Shown here: piece after piece, positions 1-11,700 of the stretch | How the letters are laid out: every line of letters starts with the position of its first letter | Position numbering within the stretch: the first letter of the stretch is position 1 | The notes under the pieces: model-generated | Told to the model about the DNA's origin: nothing | The model's input: only the letters and a program-made list of their open reading frames with translations | Database searches by the model: none | Made by a program: the position numbers and the translations under genes | Origin: Tubiluchus corallicola | Taxonomy: Eukaryota > Animalia > Priapulida | Length of the DNA: 64,000 bases | Direction of reading: 5' to 3' | Assembly: GCA_030141605.1 (NCBI GenBank) | Contig: JAQGDQ010000106.1 | Coordinates: forward strand, 372,001-436,000

Positions 1-70
1 CTGGGGCAAAAATTATGTGAATTGTATCACAACACCTTGAGAAAATGTACAAGAAGGTACATGTACTTAC

Positions 71-2354
71 CATATATGGAGATTTCCTTCAAAATCACCA
101 GTGGCAAAAGATCTTTGTTGTAGGCTACTTGCACCAAATGTACCACATTTGAAAGCCTTTCCTTTCTCCTCCTAAATAATCAAACATATGAACAATAAAC
201 AACAGAGTAACCATGAACTACAAGTTAGTGCCTCAGCTTGTTGCTATAATTCATTCAAAAGCATATTGCCAATCTGGTTGATCCTAATTTGAGGTCAACC
301 CTGCAGTCTTTTGTTTAACAACTGCTTCTTTTACGGAACATAAACCTCTAGTCGCTGTTTTTTTATTAAATGCCAACACTTTGTTCATAGTACTTGCTTT
401 TCTGATCTTTTTCGTAGGTTTACTCTATAGACATTCCCAGAAGCAGGGGCTTACAAATGCTTATAAATAGCTTTATCCCTCACATTTCTTACCTGTGAAA
501 TTCTCTACCAAAAACTTGTTTCTTGAAAACTACAACCTGATTCAAGAAAAACATTAAAAGATACCTTTTATCACCAGCAGATTAGTTATAAATTCTATTT
601 CTGTGAATACCTATTCACATCACTTTTTAACGTGCCCCCCATCTTAAGTACAGCAAATGTGAGCAAGTTCATAGTTGATAATAAATCAAGATAATGTACT
701 TCAGTCTAAAGACAAAAAAAAGATGATCTACCTATGTAGATGCTCGTCTAATCTGCAGCTGAAAAAAGCTTCACCAATCAAAGTAAAACTTCTAGAGCAG
801 GAAATATACATTTTAGGAAGTCCTACGATGTTAGTATTTTTATCATTCAAGAGTCATACAATCATCACCCGGCAAGGTATCAATAATTATATTTTATCAG
901 TTTTGCAAACTTCGGATAAAGCTAATTATGCAGCCCTTCTCTGCTGAAATATGTTCAAGAAAAAGTTGCTTGAATGACCTAATTGAAGGCATTGCTAAAC
1001 TTCAGCTATTTTTTGAGTCATCACCAATAACTGATAATGACATGTTCACATGTTTTTCGAAACTTGACAGCTCCTTCAATAAAACTGTGGTTCAATTTAA
1101 TGTGAAGCTGGCTAACATAAACGAGTTTTTCAAAAATAAACTTCTGCTTTGCACAGGACTTTGAATTTTTGGTGATGACCTGTCATCATGACTTGTGCGT
1201 GACTTGGTTTAAAGTGAGGGAGAGGTTGCACCAGGTTGCCAGCCTCACTCTCTCCACGCCAGAAGTATGATCCATGAGAAAGGCAGAGCCAGTACAACTG
1301 GTACTTCAGGCGTCACAGGAGTTGTAGGAATCATGGTGCTATGCAATATGACCCGCCTATAGGGACTTCAGCTCTGGATTTTTCCTTGGGGTTTACTCCC
1401 GAAGCCTTTCTCATGGAGGTTTGTGATCAGTGTTTTCCTTCACCTAGATGGATTGCCGGCCAAGGCTAAGGAGCCCCATCTACCCCATAATACTGGTATA
1501 ACATAACCATAAATACGGTGTCCGTGTAGCTGCACATGGTGAGAACACTGACATTTATTCATCTGCAACAACTATGGCTGAGTGCAGAAAAATTCTTTGT
1601 CATATATACCTTATGAACTAGAAAGTTTTTTATTGCCCCCTTTACTAACTTGTAAAGAAAAATCTTTCAGAAAAATTTTCTCCTGCCGATGTTCATCATT
1701 TAGTATGCCGCAGCTACCATCATCGCATCCGGATATCTGCATACTATGAAAAACCCCTAATAGTTACGTACTTTTTGACCTGCCGACTGCAATCACTGTT
1801 CGGGGAGTTGGATTCGAGGCAGCAAGAAAAAGAATCATTCAAAATAGATGTCATTTGTTACACGCGCTTTACCTAGGTATACTCCATCACAGTATCTCTG
1901 CCGAGGTACAGTGCACTGTAGTATATTTCCCATGGTATACTCTGCGGAGGTTCACTCCGCCATGGTGCACGGTAAAGTAGTATAAAGGGCGCCTCGATGC
2001 AAGGCGACCACTGAACAATGAATATTTGAATATAGAATATGAAAAGAGGCGATATGGTTTACGTTTATGTCCACACACATAGTCCATATCTGTAACCTCG
2101 AAAACGCATGGGACGATTAGGACCTGATTGTTGACAGTACCATTCATAATAGTACTATTAATACTCAGAAAACTGCTTACTTGATGAACTAGTTTAGCAT
2201 CTGTGCCGCAAATTTCGAATATTTGTAGTGCTCCAGTTCCACGAGGATGACTGCCAAGAACAACAACTTTTGCGCTACATGGAATCCATTTCACATCATA
2301 AAGAGTAAAATTAAGAGATTTTTCGATGTGTAAAATTATTTGAGGTTTATCCAT
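71..2354 (-). CDS. WDR92: WD-repeat protein 92 / dynein axonemal assembly factor 10, 5' part (exons 2354-2181 and 171-71; continues beyond the left edge)
   Basis: Exon 1 encodes [47 protein letters not shown]...VHQ and ends at a gtaag donor (phase 0). Exon 2 follows a tttag acceptor and encodes [34 protein letters not shown], ending at gtaag. Both match the recalled WDR92 N-terminus (KPQII.HI.K..N.T..D.KW.PCSAK; [23 protein letters not shown]). Confidence 0.95.
1205..1486 (-). mobile_element. RTE-clade retrotransposon 5'-region or RTE-related SINE fragment in WDR92 intron 1
   Basis: GC-richer island. The minus strand reads gggtagatggggctccttagccttggccggcaatccatctaggtgaaggaaaac...ggcttcgggagtaaacccc, which resembles RTE-family 5' ends as I recall them. 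It has an internal tagatgg/ccatcta pairing. Not database-verified. Confidence 0.45.
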
Positions 2355-2699
2355 GCTTGTTAGGAAGCCGCAACGTTGGGCGCCATTTGGTACGTTAGGT
2401 CATGTACCGAACTTGCACTACTGCGCATGTAAATAAAAATTTCAGGCGAACTTTTTATTTCAGATTCAGTTCTGTGTGAAGTGTTGAGGCGTTCTGAACT
2501 TGAATATTATCTTATTTCATCATTATTGTAATGACGATAATGTAATACTTCTTTAATAATAATATTAATAAATTATAAATAAATAAAGCAACTAGGCCTA
2601 TTTCATTCTAGAAGTATTCTTGCTGACAATGCACTATTTGCCCTCCCACTATACTAAATTCCCTGAGATGTTAAATATAGTGGCTCACAGCAGATGGGA

Positions 2700-3430
2700 G
2701 GCCATGCCATCAGAACATTTTGTTCCCATTGGGATAACATGGGATCTATTAATTTTGATGGATTCTGCTGCCAATGCTTGTCAAGATGTGCCTTAAATTG
2801 CGCAACGTTTGTTGCCTCAACGACATTTGCTGGAGCCTGGATCAACAACCCTGAATGAAAATATGTCCCGACGTCTTGACCAACTGCCTTGGATGTAATG
2901 CAGCTCTCTTCTCTGTTGTTGACGTCTTGTAACATAACCATTTATGTGTACTTTGTCAATACCACGCAGAATCTTAACAGTTTGGATCACGTCCTATTTC
3001 AGGCGCCTATGCTCAAGTATGGTTAGATCAATTTCTTGAAGCCTTTGTGAACAAACTAAGTTACTCGATCAGTCCTGGAATCAACCTTGTGATTCTTCAT
3101 TGAATTTTCTCTACTGTGCGTGTTAATCCTGTCTTGGAAAGTCATACACCACATCTGCGTAACCTAGGATGAGTCGGACCAATGACTTATATAACCTGAG
3201 AACCATTGTTTTAATGTTTTATCAAGAAACTGAAAATTGCACATGATTAGTGTTAACCTGCAGTCAGCCTTCTAGCTGTCTGATGTAAGCAATATGAGGC
3301 CAGAAGTCAATTTTGCTGTCTACAATGACTCCAAGGTCTGTTTCCGTATCAACTTTGCTAATACTTGACACTTGATTACCAGATCTGATGGCACAGTTTA
3401 GACTGGAAAATAGTTCTACCAACAGTCATT
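2700..3430 (-). mobile_element. Degenerate CR1/Jockey-group LINE 3' remnant (RT C-terminus)
   Basis: Broken minus-strand frames encode DLGVIVDSK (~3310-3340), LYKSLVRLILGY (~3160-3195) and ANVVEATNVAQFKAHLDKHW (~2770-2830). These are typical post-RT motifs of CR1-like ORF2, interrupted by frameshifts. Confidence 0.75.
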
Positions 3431-4926
3431 ACCTTATTTCTTTAGTATAAAAAATTAAAACTGACATCACAATAACAGTACTGTCCCTGATTTAAAAACA
3501 ACTGTGAGTGAAACTAGCCACGAGTAAAAAATACCCTGCAAACTACTGCAGATGGCATTGTCTTTTGTAGAGAAACAAAAACCGTGTAAAAGTGCATTGG
3601 CAGGCGAATTAAACTATCTGCAAATTATTATGTGTATGTTATACACAATTCATGTATGCGTCATAATGCAAAACACTGGTACCGAGATAAACTCACCAGC
3701 ACCACCTGTAAACCTCGACTAATATATTAATACTAACATATATAGTAGGTTGTTTATGAAATGCGTATTGTTCATATTATAATTAATTTAAAAACGTTAC
3801 TATGGAATATATATAGCTATCGGTGGTAACAGCTGAGCAGCACTGGCTAAGCAGTAGCGCTTACATTTTCACAACACTGATTGATTAGGAAGTAAATGGC
3901 TCATCGGCCTGTATACAACACTCCAGATCAAAAATGAGTGAAGGGGAAAACATTTCACCTGCCATATATAGTGCCTCACATGAGCCTTTTATAAGCTTTA
4001 AAAGTACAGTAATATTAAAAAATAATAATTAGCTTTAGAAATCAATTGCTCATCCTAATGGCTCAAAATAGATAAATTAATTAAGGTACTAATAATAATT
4101 TTATTAAATTTAAAACTTAAACTTCATTTTAATAATTATTGTTATTGAATAAGAAGAACAACGACGATTAAGCTTAACACATTACATATTTAAAAGTTTT
4201 AATGCACCTCAATTTCTGAAGCTCCGATTAGTGGGGTACATGGTACTTTCCGATAAACCGATAACTGTATCTCTGCGGCCAGGCTAAACAACACCTGCGC
4301 GATATACGGGCTGGACCAAATAGCAAGTACCGCATTGTCCAGCCGATGCGGTATATGGGCTAATGCCAAATGGCGCCCAACACGCCATACACTTTATTGC
4401 AGTAACCGCAAATAAATGAGATAACAATATGATTACGGAAACTTTCATTATTTTGACGCGCCTGCAAATAAATTTTTAAGATCATCACCACCATATATAC
4501 GTACACATATATACTATGTAATCCCATGGTTATTCGGTCACCACGCTTGGAAAAGACCGAACAGCTGCTTGTGCAATTCATCTTGTTGTGCAAATTCACA
4601 AATTGAAAATCATGAAAATATTAATTTTGTCATTTTAAAAAGTAACTTTTTTGACCAGGCAGTTAGCCTTCAACCAAATTGAATCAAAGCCAAAACTAAA
4701 AGTTTGCAAAATTTGCATTACACTCAAGATATAATCTACACAAACTAAGGCAAGCTCTTGGCATTTGCCCATCTGCAAAATCTAATACATATAGGGACCG
4801 ACATTATGGAAGTTTGCAAGTCTTAAAGTGCCAATATAATATAACACAACCCGAAAAGACAAAACATGAGGTTAACCTGTGTGGGAGGGCCATTCCTAAT
4901 TGCTAAACTCAACAGTGAAAGTATTA

Positions 4927-5355
4927 TAATGACAGTAAATTATAGAACTGATTTAGTTTATTAAGTATTATCATGCTCTTTTTACAGAAACAGAGTAATA
5001 AGGGAAAGAAAACAATTAGCATCACACAATGTAAACCTTCATCTCTTATTCAACCTGTATGCAAAACATGGAATATCTGTTATAATAATTAAAGAAAGAG
5101 CTTATTAATAGTAAACTACTAAAGCCATTGGTAATGGCAATAAATTATAGAACTGTTTTAGCTTACTGAGTATTATCATACTCTTTATAGAAACAGAGTA
5201 ACAAGGGAAGGAAAGCAATTAATATCAATCACACAATGAAAATCTTCATCTCTTATTCAACTTGCATGCAAAACATGTATGTATGTAAGTAAAATAATTA
5301 TAAAACATGTAATATATGCTGTAATAATTAACGAAAAAGCTTATTAGTACTAATG
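4927..5355. repeat. Diverged direct tandem duplication, about 200-bp unit x2
   Basis: The block taaattatagaactg...gtattatcat.ctctt...agaaacagagtaa...cacacaatg...cttcatctcttattcaac...tgcaaaacatg...agcttatta occurs at ~4935-5108 and ~5140-5347. Confidence 0.85.
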
Positions 5356-5370
5356 CCACTGTTGACAAAA

Positions 5371-5376
5371 TTTATT
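5371..5376 (-). promoter_or_regulatory. Candidate polyadenylation signal (AATAAA) of the CENP-E gene
   Basis: AATAAA on the minus strand about 400 nt downstream of the CENP-E stop codon. Confidence 0.4.
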
Positions 5377-5773
5377 GTAATAAAAGCTTAAAACATGTAG
5401 GCTCTATGTTTTGCAAAAGTCTGGTAATAATGGGTACATCCACTTTCTCTTCAGGTACAACCTTAGTGGAAGCCAAAAAACTTAAAATTTTTGCAGTGTA
5501 GCAACTGTTAAATATTTCCATGCAAGCGTGAGGGTTGTGTAAGCTGATAACCAAGACAAACGATGAAAAAACAATATTATGAGAGCAGCAACTCAGCATA
5601 ATCTTACTGAATGCATTCATTGCAGAAAAAACGTGTGATACCAATGTACTAATTACATCTATCATCATTAGAAAAAAGCAGCACATATAAAATAGTGTGG
5701 CACATAAGTGACATTATGCAAACACAGTAATGACTAAATACAGGAACAAAACAAGTCAATAATATCGCTCTAA

Positions 5774-8700
5774 TCATTGTTGTTTACAATCTGATGGAAC
5801 ATGATCAGATTTTTTTGCAAATACTTCTTGGTTTGATGAGCTCATGTTTGAATCATTTTCAATAATTGATGCCGTATCACCTGGTGCTTGAAGATAACTC
5901 GTAGTAGATGAGGACCTTTTAGCTACATCTTTTCGTGGGCTGTTAGTCATTCCTGTAATGTAAGCAAAAACTTGTAGAAAAGGTTAATTACATTAATTAT
6001 ACACTTGTTACCTCAAATCTTAAGCATTTACAAAGTGAAAAGAGTTGCACCAGGAAAATTTGAACCACCAATACAAAAATGATTTACATGTACACTACAG
6101 TAAATTAGCAGAGAGTTTTACTTTCTAAAAACATATTTCATGTGCATGATACAACTTGAAACCATCAATAGCTTCTATTTATGGCTTGCATTCGATTCAG
6201 AGATTGTGCACACAATGTGTGAATAATCTTGATTTATAGAAAATCTGCAATTCTCTCACTCAATATTCAACATTTTGACTGAGAACTACTCAATGAAAAG
6301 TCAGACATGTCAAACTACACATGCATCACACACACGCATGCACACACATAGCAAGATGATAACATTATTTATTATATTTTTATGATACACTATCTTGTAT
6401 AGTACAATACAATGCAATAAAATAATATAAATTTGTTATTTGTTATGTTTTTTGGCTCTATTGCTAAATGTACTAACTCTGTTTTGTACTTTTGTATTTT
6501 GTTGTTGTTTTGTTGTATGTATGTCATTGGACTATAATGTATATGCTAACAATGAATTCTAGCAAAAATGCATTTACCTTGCAATGGCTGAGAAGCACGT
6601 TCTTTTTTTGCCATGTCTTGTTTGATGTAAGCTCGAAGTTTATGAACCTGTTCTTCCCGTCTCTTCCGTTCTTTCTCACTTTCCTCCAGTTTTTGCCTAA
6701 GCAAAAAGTTTCACTAATACATATCCATCACCAAGCAATCATGAAAAGAAATACATGTGAAATCTTGACAATAAAAAGCCACAAGGAAACACAACCATGC
6801 TTCTGCATGTTTGCAGTCTCATTTTTCAAGACAACTTTCACAGTTAGCTAGGTTCCAGTCTCGTTACAACATTATACAGTATGTGTAGTAGTAAGACTGG
6901 TATTGAGTGCCGAAAACTGGTGTTGCAAGCTGTATGTACAAAAATGGAACTACCGAAATATAAACAATGAGTTGTTACAGCTCAAATGTCTTTGTAACAT
7001 GGCTTGAATATCTGAATTTGAGCAATAAAACAGTCATAAGTGCTTAAGAAAACTGGAATATTGGATGCAAGAAATATGTTTTCAGGCTGCATATTATATG
7101 TGAAATGACATTTAACAGGAGGTGCATCAAAGCAGAAGAAAAAAATCCAGGTACTATAGCATAATTTTCAAAAAACACCGCCTAATTGTGCAAATCAGAT
7201 AAACTTGAAACTATCTTTTTTAATTTGTTCATATTGCCGGCCAAATGACTTATACTTTAAAACAGCTGCAGTAACTTTTAACAACTTAACAGCAACTTAC
7301 CTGAGAACATTCATTTCTTTATTGAGATTGTACACCCTATTCTCCAGTGTTAGCACTAGACACTCGCTAACAATTCCACTTCCTCCTCTACCATAAGAAA
7401 CCCGAGGGAGTTCCATTTCGCTGGAACCTGCAAAAAGTGTAAATAATTCAAAGAAAAATTCCAAAAACAGAATTCTAACATCACCTACCTTTAGTATAAC
7501 AACGCAGCATGCTAATAATAAAAGAACCAGAGCCGTCGATGACACTGTGGGCAATATTTGCAATATTTGACAAAACGCATGGACGCATACACACACACAT
7601 TCAGTGGTAGAAAGACTGCATTTCAGTACAGTTGATAAATTCTCAAGTAGCTAACATTAACACAACCATATACAGAGTGTAGATATGCTGGTACTTAAGA
7701 AACTCCTGTAAATCAGGCAGTGCTCCTGGGATCTGCCCATAGAAGGTTAAAAACTTTCTGTCAAAGTTAGATTGCCGATATATCATACATAACCCTAATT
7801 CACTGCATTGAGTTACTCAGATTTTCCCACTATCCTAGATTCTCCCTTGAAAGAGAATCATTGCAAGCCATTGTCCTAAAATTGCCACTCATCATATATC
7901 ATCTAGATTTGACATTCTGCAGGGCAAAACCTGCTTCTGCAACACTATAATTGATTCCTGGAGTTGCCCTCCCCCACTGGGGGGCTAAAATACTTTTGTC
8001 AAATGTCGGAATGTCAGTAAGAACAGGTTACTACAATTCACCACACTGAGCTGACTCAGAGACTCATCCTGGACCCTCCCGTCCACCGAGGGAAGGACAT
8101 AACTGGGCATCACCCAAAAGTTGTCGCCCATCACCTAACATCTACACTTGAATTTTTGTGGAACAAACTATGCCTTTATAACACTATAGTGATCATGTCA
8201 TGGATTTGCCCTGACCCCCTCCCACCTTACTCCAGTCCTTTGAGATGACTTGCATTCTTCCACTATACCTGGCACCATTCTGGATCCTACCCTAGGGGAA
8301 GGGAATAGAACTGCCATTGCCGAAAAATTGTTGCCCATCGCCTAACATCTTAACACGTGACATTATGTGGGACAAAACCTGTTTTTATAACTGCAAGTGT
8401 TCAAATCATGAAAATGTCCTAACTTCTCACTAAGGCAGAGAGGCTGGTCAAATACTTCTGTCAGTAGTGGCAGGTCAATTCATCACACTGAGTTGACTCA
8501 GAGTCTCCTACTATGTTCATCATTCCTATACAGCTATAACCCGTTTAACCCATTGTGGATATGTCCTCGAGAAGACCTTGGTCACGATCTTGTCCCAAAG
8601 TTACCCACACCAAAAATCTCAAGGCTATCTCAAACTGGTTTATACTGGAAAACACCCCTGTCAAGAGCAGGGTAAAAAACAATGATAAAAACAAAAGGAA

Positions 8701-11700
8701 ACTTACACTTTGTATAAAGCATGACAAAGTAAATACTAAAAAATGTTTTATTTTGGTTTCAAGCAATCACACAAAATAGCAAACAAACAGTAATGTTATT
8801 GCACTTGCTTTCTGGCCAAAACTTAAGGATCATTACACAGAAAGCTATATTCTCTTGTTACTGTAAACATAACGAAGTGCCTACTCTGGCTTTGAGCACT
8901 TCCGGAACGTAGTGAATCCAGTTCAAATTGAAGTGCATTGAGCTGTTTTTCGACATCAGCAAGTTTCTTTTTAGCCTCTGCCTCGCTTTTCACAGCACTG
9001 TCTAAAGTCTGATTCACTTTGCGAAGCTGGGTCCTGTAATCCTGAGACACAACAAGAAATCATTACATTGAATTTAAAGTTTTATTTGAAAAAAAATAAT
9101 ATTTAATTTCGAAACTTTTGCTACAAGTAGAAAAAAAATGTTGAAAGTTCGAAATTACTATACAAAAGAAAACACATTATTGTCTTTCTTAGTACATTTG
9201 TATCGTGATAAGTCATGTTTGCTTGCAAAGAAAGATGAGAAATTAAGTTTTTGGTATCAGGATCCACAAAAGACGAAAACTAAATATGACCATTGAGAAA
9301 GATGTTAAAAAAATTCTTTATAGAACGCTTTATTTGGCTACGTTGAAAATCACGAAGAAACTCAATTCTTGCACTTTACAGAACATTTTACTTTTAATCA
9401 AGAAAACCTCTCAGCTGTCTATTAAATACTGTTATTAAAAATAATGCACCAGTAAGTCAACTACTATCAATGTATATGATTACCCGACACCGGTCAGTTT
9501 CGTGTTCAATGGATTCCTTGGCTTTAGCCAACTCCTTTTTAGTTTTTTCATGCTCATGCCACGAGTTCTTCACTTCAGCAGTGAGTTTAGCTATCTTATG
9601 TTCTAAAGCTGCTTTATTGTCTGCCACTTGCTTTTTTTCCAATTCTGAAAAAAATGAACTGTTAATGCAATCTACCACAAGTAACCACAAATAAATAATA
9701 GTGCAATTCCTGACACTGCCCATTTTCACTTCACAGATGCAGCATGTTCCTGAAAAAGAATGGCAAGCAATAATGATGCTTAGTCTCGCCTGGAAAAGTT
9801 TTCACTCCAACTCCAACCAACCACTAAATGACCAGGCTCAGTGTTCCTTAATTTTGATCAACAAGCTCATGCAATAATTACTCAGATTCATCTCGTTCTA
9901 CACATTATTTCTCTCAGTCTTTAATTTTCAGAAATAAGTACTAAATGTTAATTTTAAAAAAATTGCAAAATTACTTATTGATGCACACATACCATCGTGA
10001 TTTGATTTCTCAAGCTCTTCAGATAACTTCTTGGCTTCCTGCTTAGATTTCTCTAACTCTTTAGACAACTTCTGAATTTGCTCTACAGATCTGTCTCTCT
10101 CCTGTCGAGCTCTCCTAGCACTCTGTTTTTCTTCTTCGATTTCGTTATCCACATCATTACAAGCTTCTGTTAGACGATCTACATCTGCTTGTAGGCATTG
10201 ACACAGTTGTGACGCTTTTGCCAACTCCGAGCGCAAATTGTCACATTCACTGACTGCAGCTCTGGCTCGATCAGTTTCTTTATTTAAGGCGCTTCTTGCC
10301 TGTTGGACGTTTTCATCTAAATTTGCAAGTTTCTGCATGAGCTGCTTGTTCTCCGCATATAGTTTTTGCGACTCCTCACTTTGAACTGCTATGCTACATT
10401 TAGTACCACTTTGCTTAAATTTCTCTAGCTCTTCAGTCAAGTCCTTGGCTTGTTTTATAGCTTCATCTCTCTCTGCTCGAGCTCTCCTAGCACTCTGTTT
10501 CTCTTCTTCAATTTCGTCGTCCACATCATTACAAGCTTCTGTCAGACGATCTACATCTGCTTGTAGGCATTCACACATTTTCGACGCTTTTGCCAACTCC
10601 AAGCGCAGATGGTTGCATTCACTGACTGCAGCTCTAGCTTGATCAGTTTCTTTATTTAAGGCGCTTCTTGCCTGTTGGAGATTTTCGTCTAAACTGGCGA
10701 GTTTCTGCATGAGCTGCTTGTTCTCCGCACATAGTTTTTGCGACTCTTCACTTTCAACTGCTACGCTACATTTAGTACCAGTTTGCTTAAATTTAGCAAG
10801 CTCTTCGGTCAAGTCTTTGGCTTGTTTTATAGCTTCATCTCTCTCTGCTCGAGCTTTCCTAGCACTCTGTTTCTCTTCTTCAATTTCGTTGTTTAGATCA
10901 TTACAAGCTTCTGTCAGATGATCTGCATCTACCTGCAAAAACTCACATTTTTGAGAGAAATTTTCCAACTCAATGCGCAGACTGTCGGATTCTTGAAGAG
11001 CAGCGGTAGCTCGTTCACCTTCTCTTTTCAGATCAACTCTTGCTTGCTGGAGGTCTTCTTTTAGATTGGCATATTTCTCAATATGCATATGCCATTCGTT
11101 TTCATCAGGCAGTTTTTGCGAATTGTCACTTTGGACAACATCGTTATTTTTACCCTCAGCCTTGTCGGGTACTTCTATCTGCTTTTCTTGTTCATGTATT
11201 TTAAACTTCAATTTATTAATTTGTTCTTCCGCATCAGCAAATTCATTGCAAGCTGCAAGGAGTTCTTTATTTTGTTTTTCCAAATTACCACATTTACCTG
11301 TTTCATTTGAAAGTTGTTTACCAAGTTGTTTAATACGTTCGTTTAGTGTTTCCACTTGTTCTTGCAAACCAGCTTTTTCCACTTCAACTGCTTTCATTAA
11401 ATTATTCCTTTCTTCTACAAGAGTCCGTAATGTATCTAATTGCTCTCTGAAACAATTTAACTGATTTTCTAATTTAAGGTTTTCTCTTTTGAGTGTTTCA
11501 ACTTCTTCGTTGGCAGTATCAATTTCATCATAGGTACCTTTTAATCTATCAACCATTTCCTCTGCAGAATTCCGCAGTTCCACTTCAACTCCCAATTTTC
11601 TAGTAAGCTCATCAATATCAGAATTTAATTTTGCAATATTTTCTCGTAGGGCATTTTTCTCATCTTCAGCTGCTTTCAACTGTTGATCTTTATCATCTAC

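Noticed and set aside
2354-5774. CENP-E and WDR92 as an operon (same strand, adjacent)
   Set aside because: The 3.4-kb gap contains TE remnants, and WDR92 has its own promoter-like motifs.
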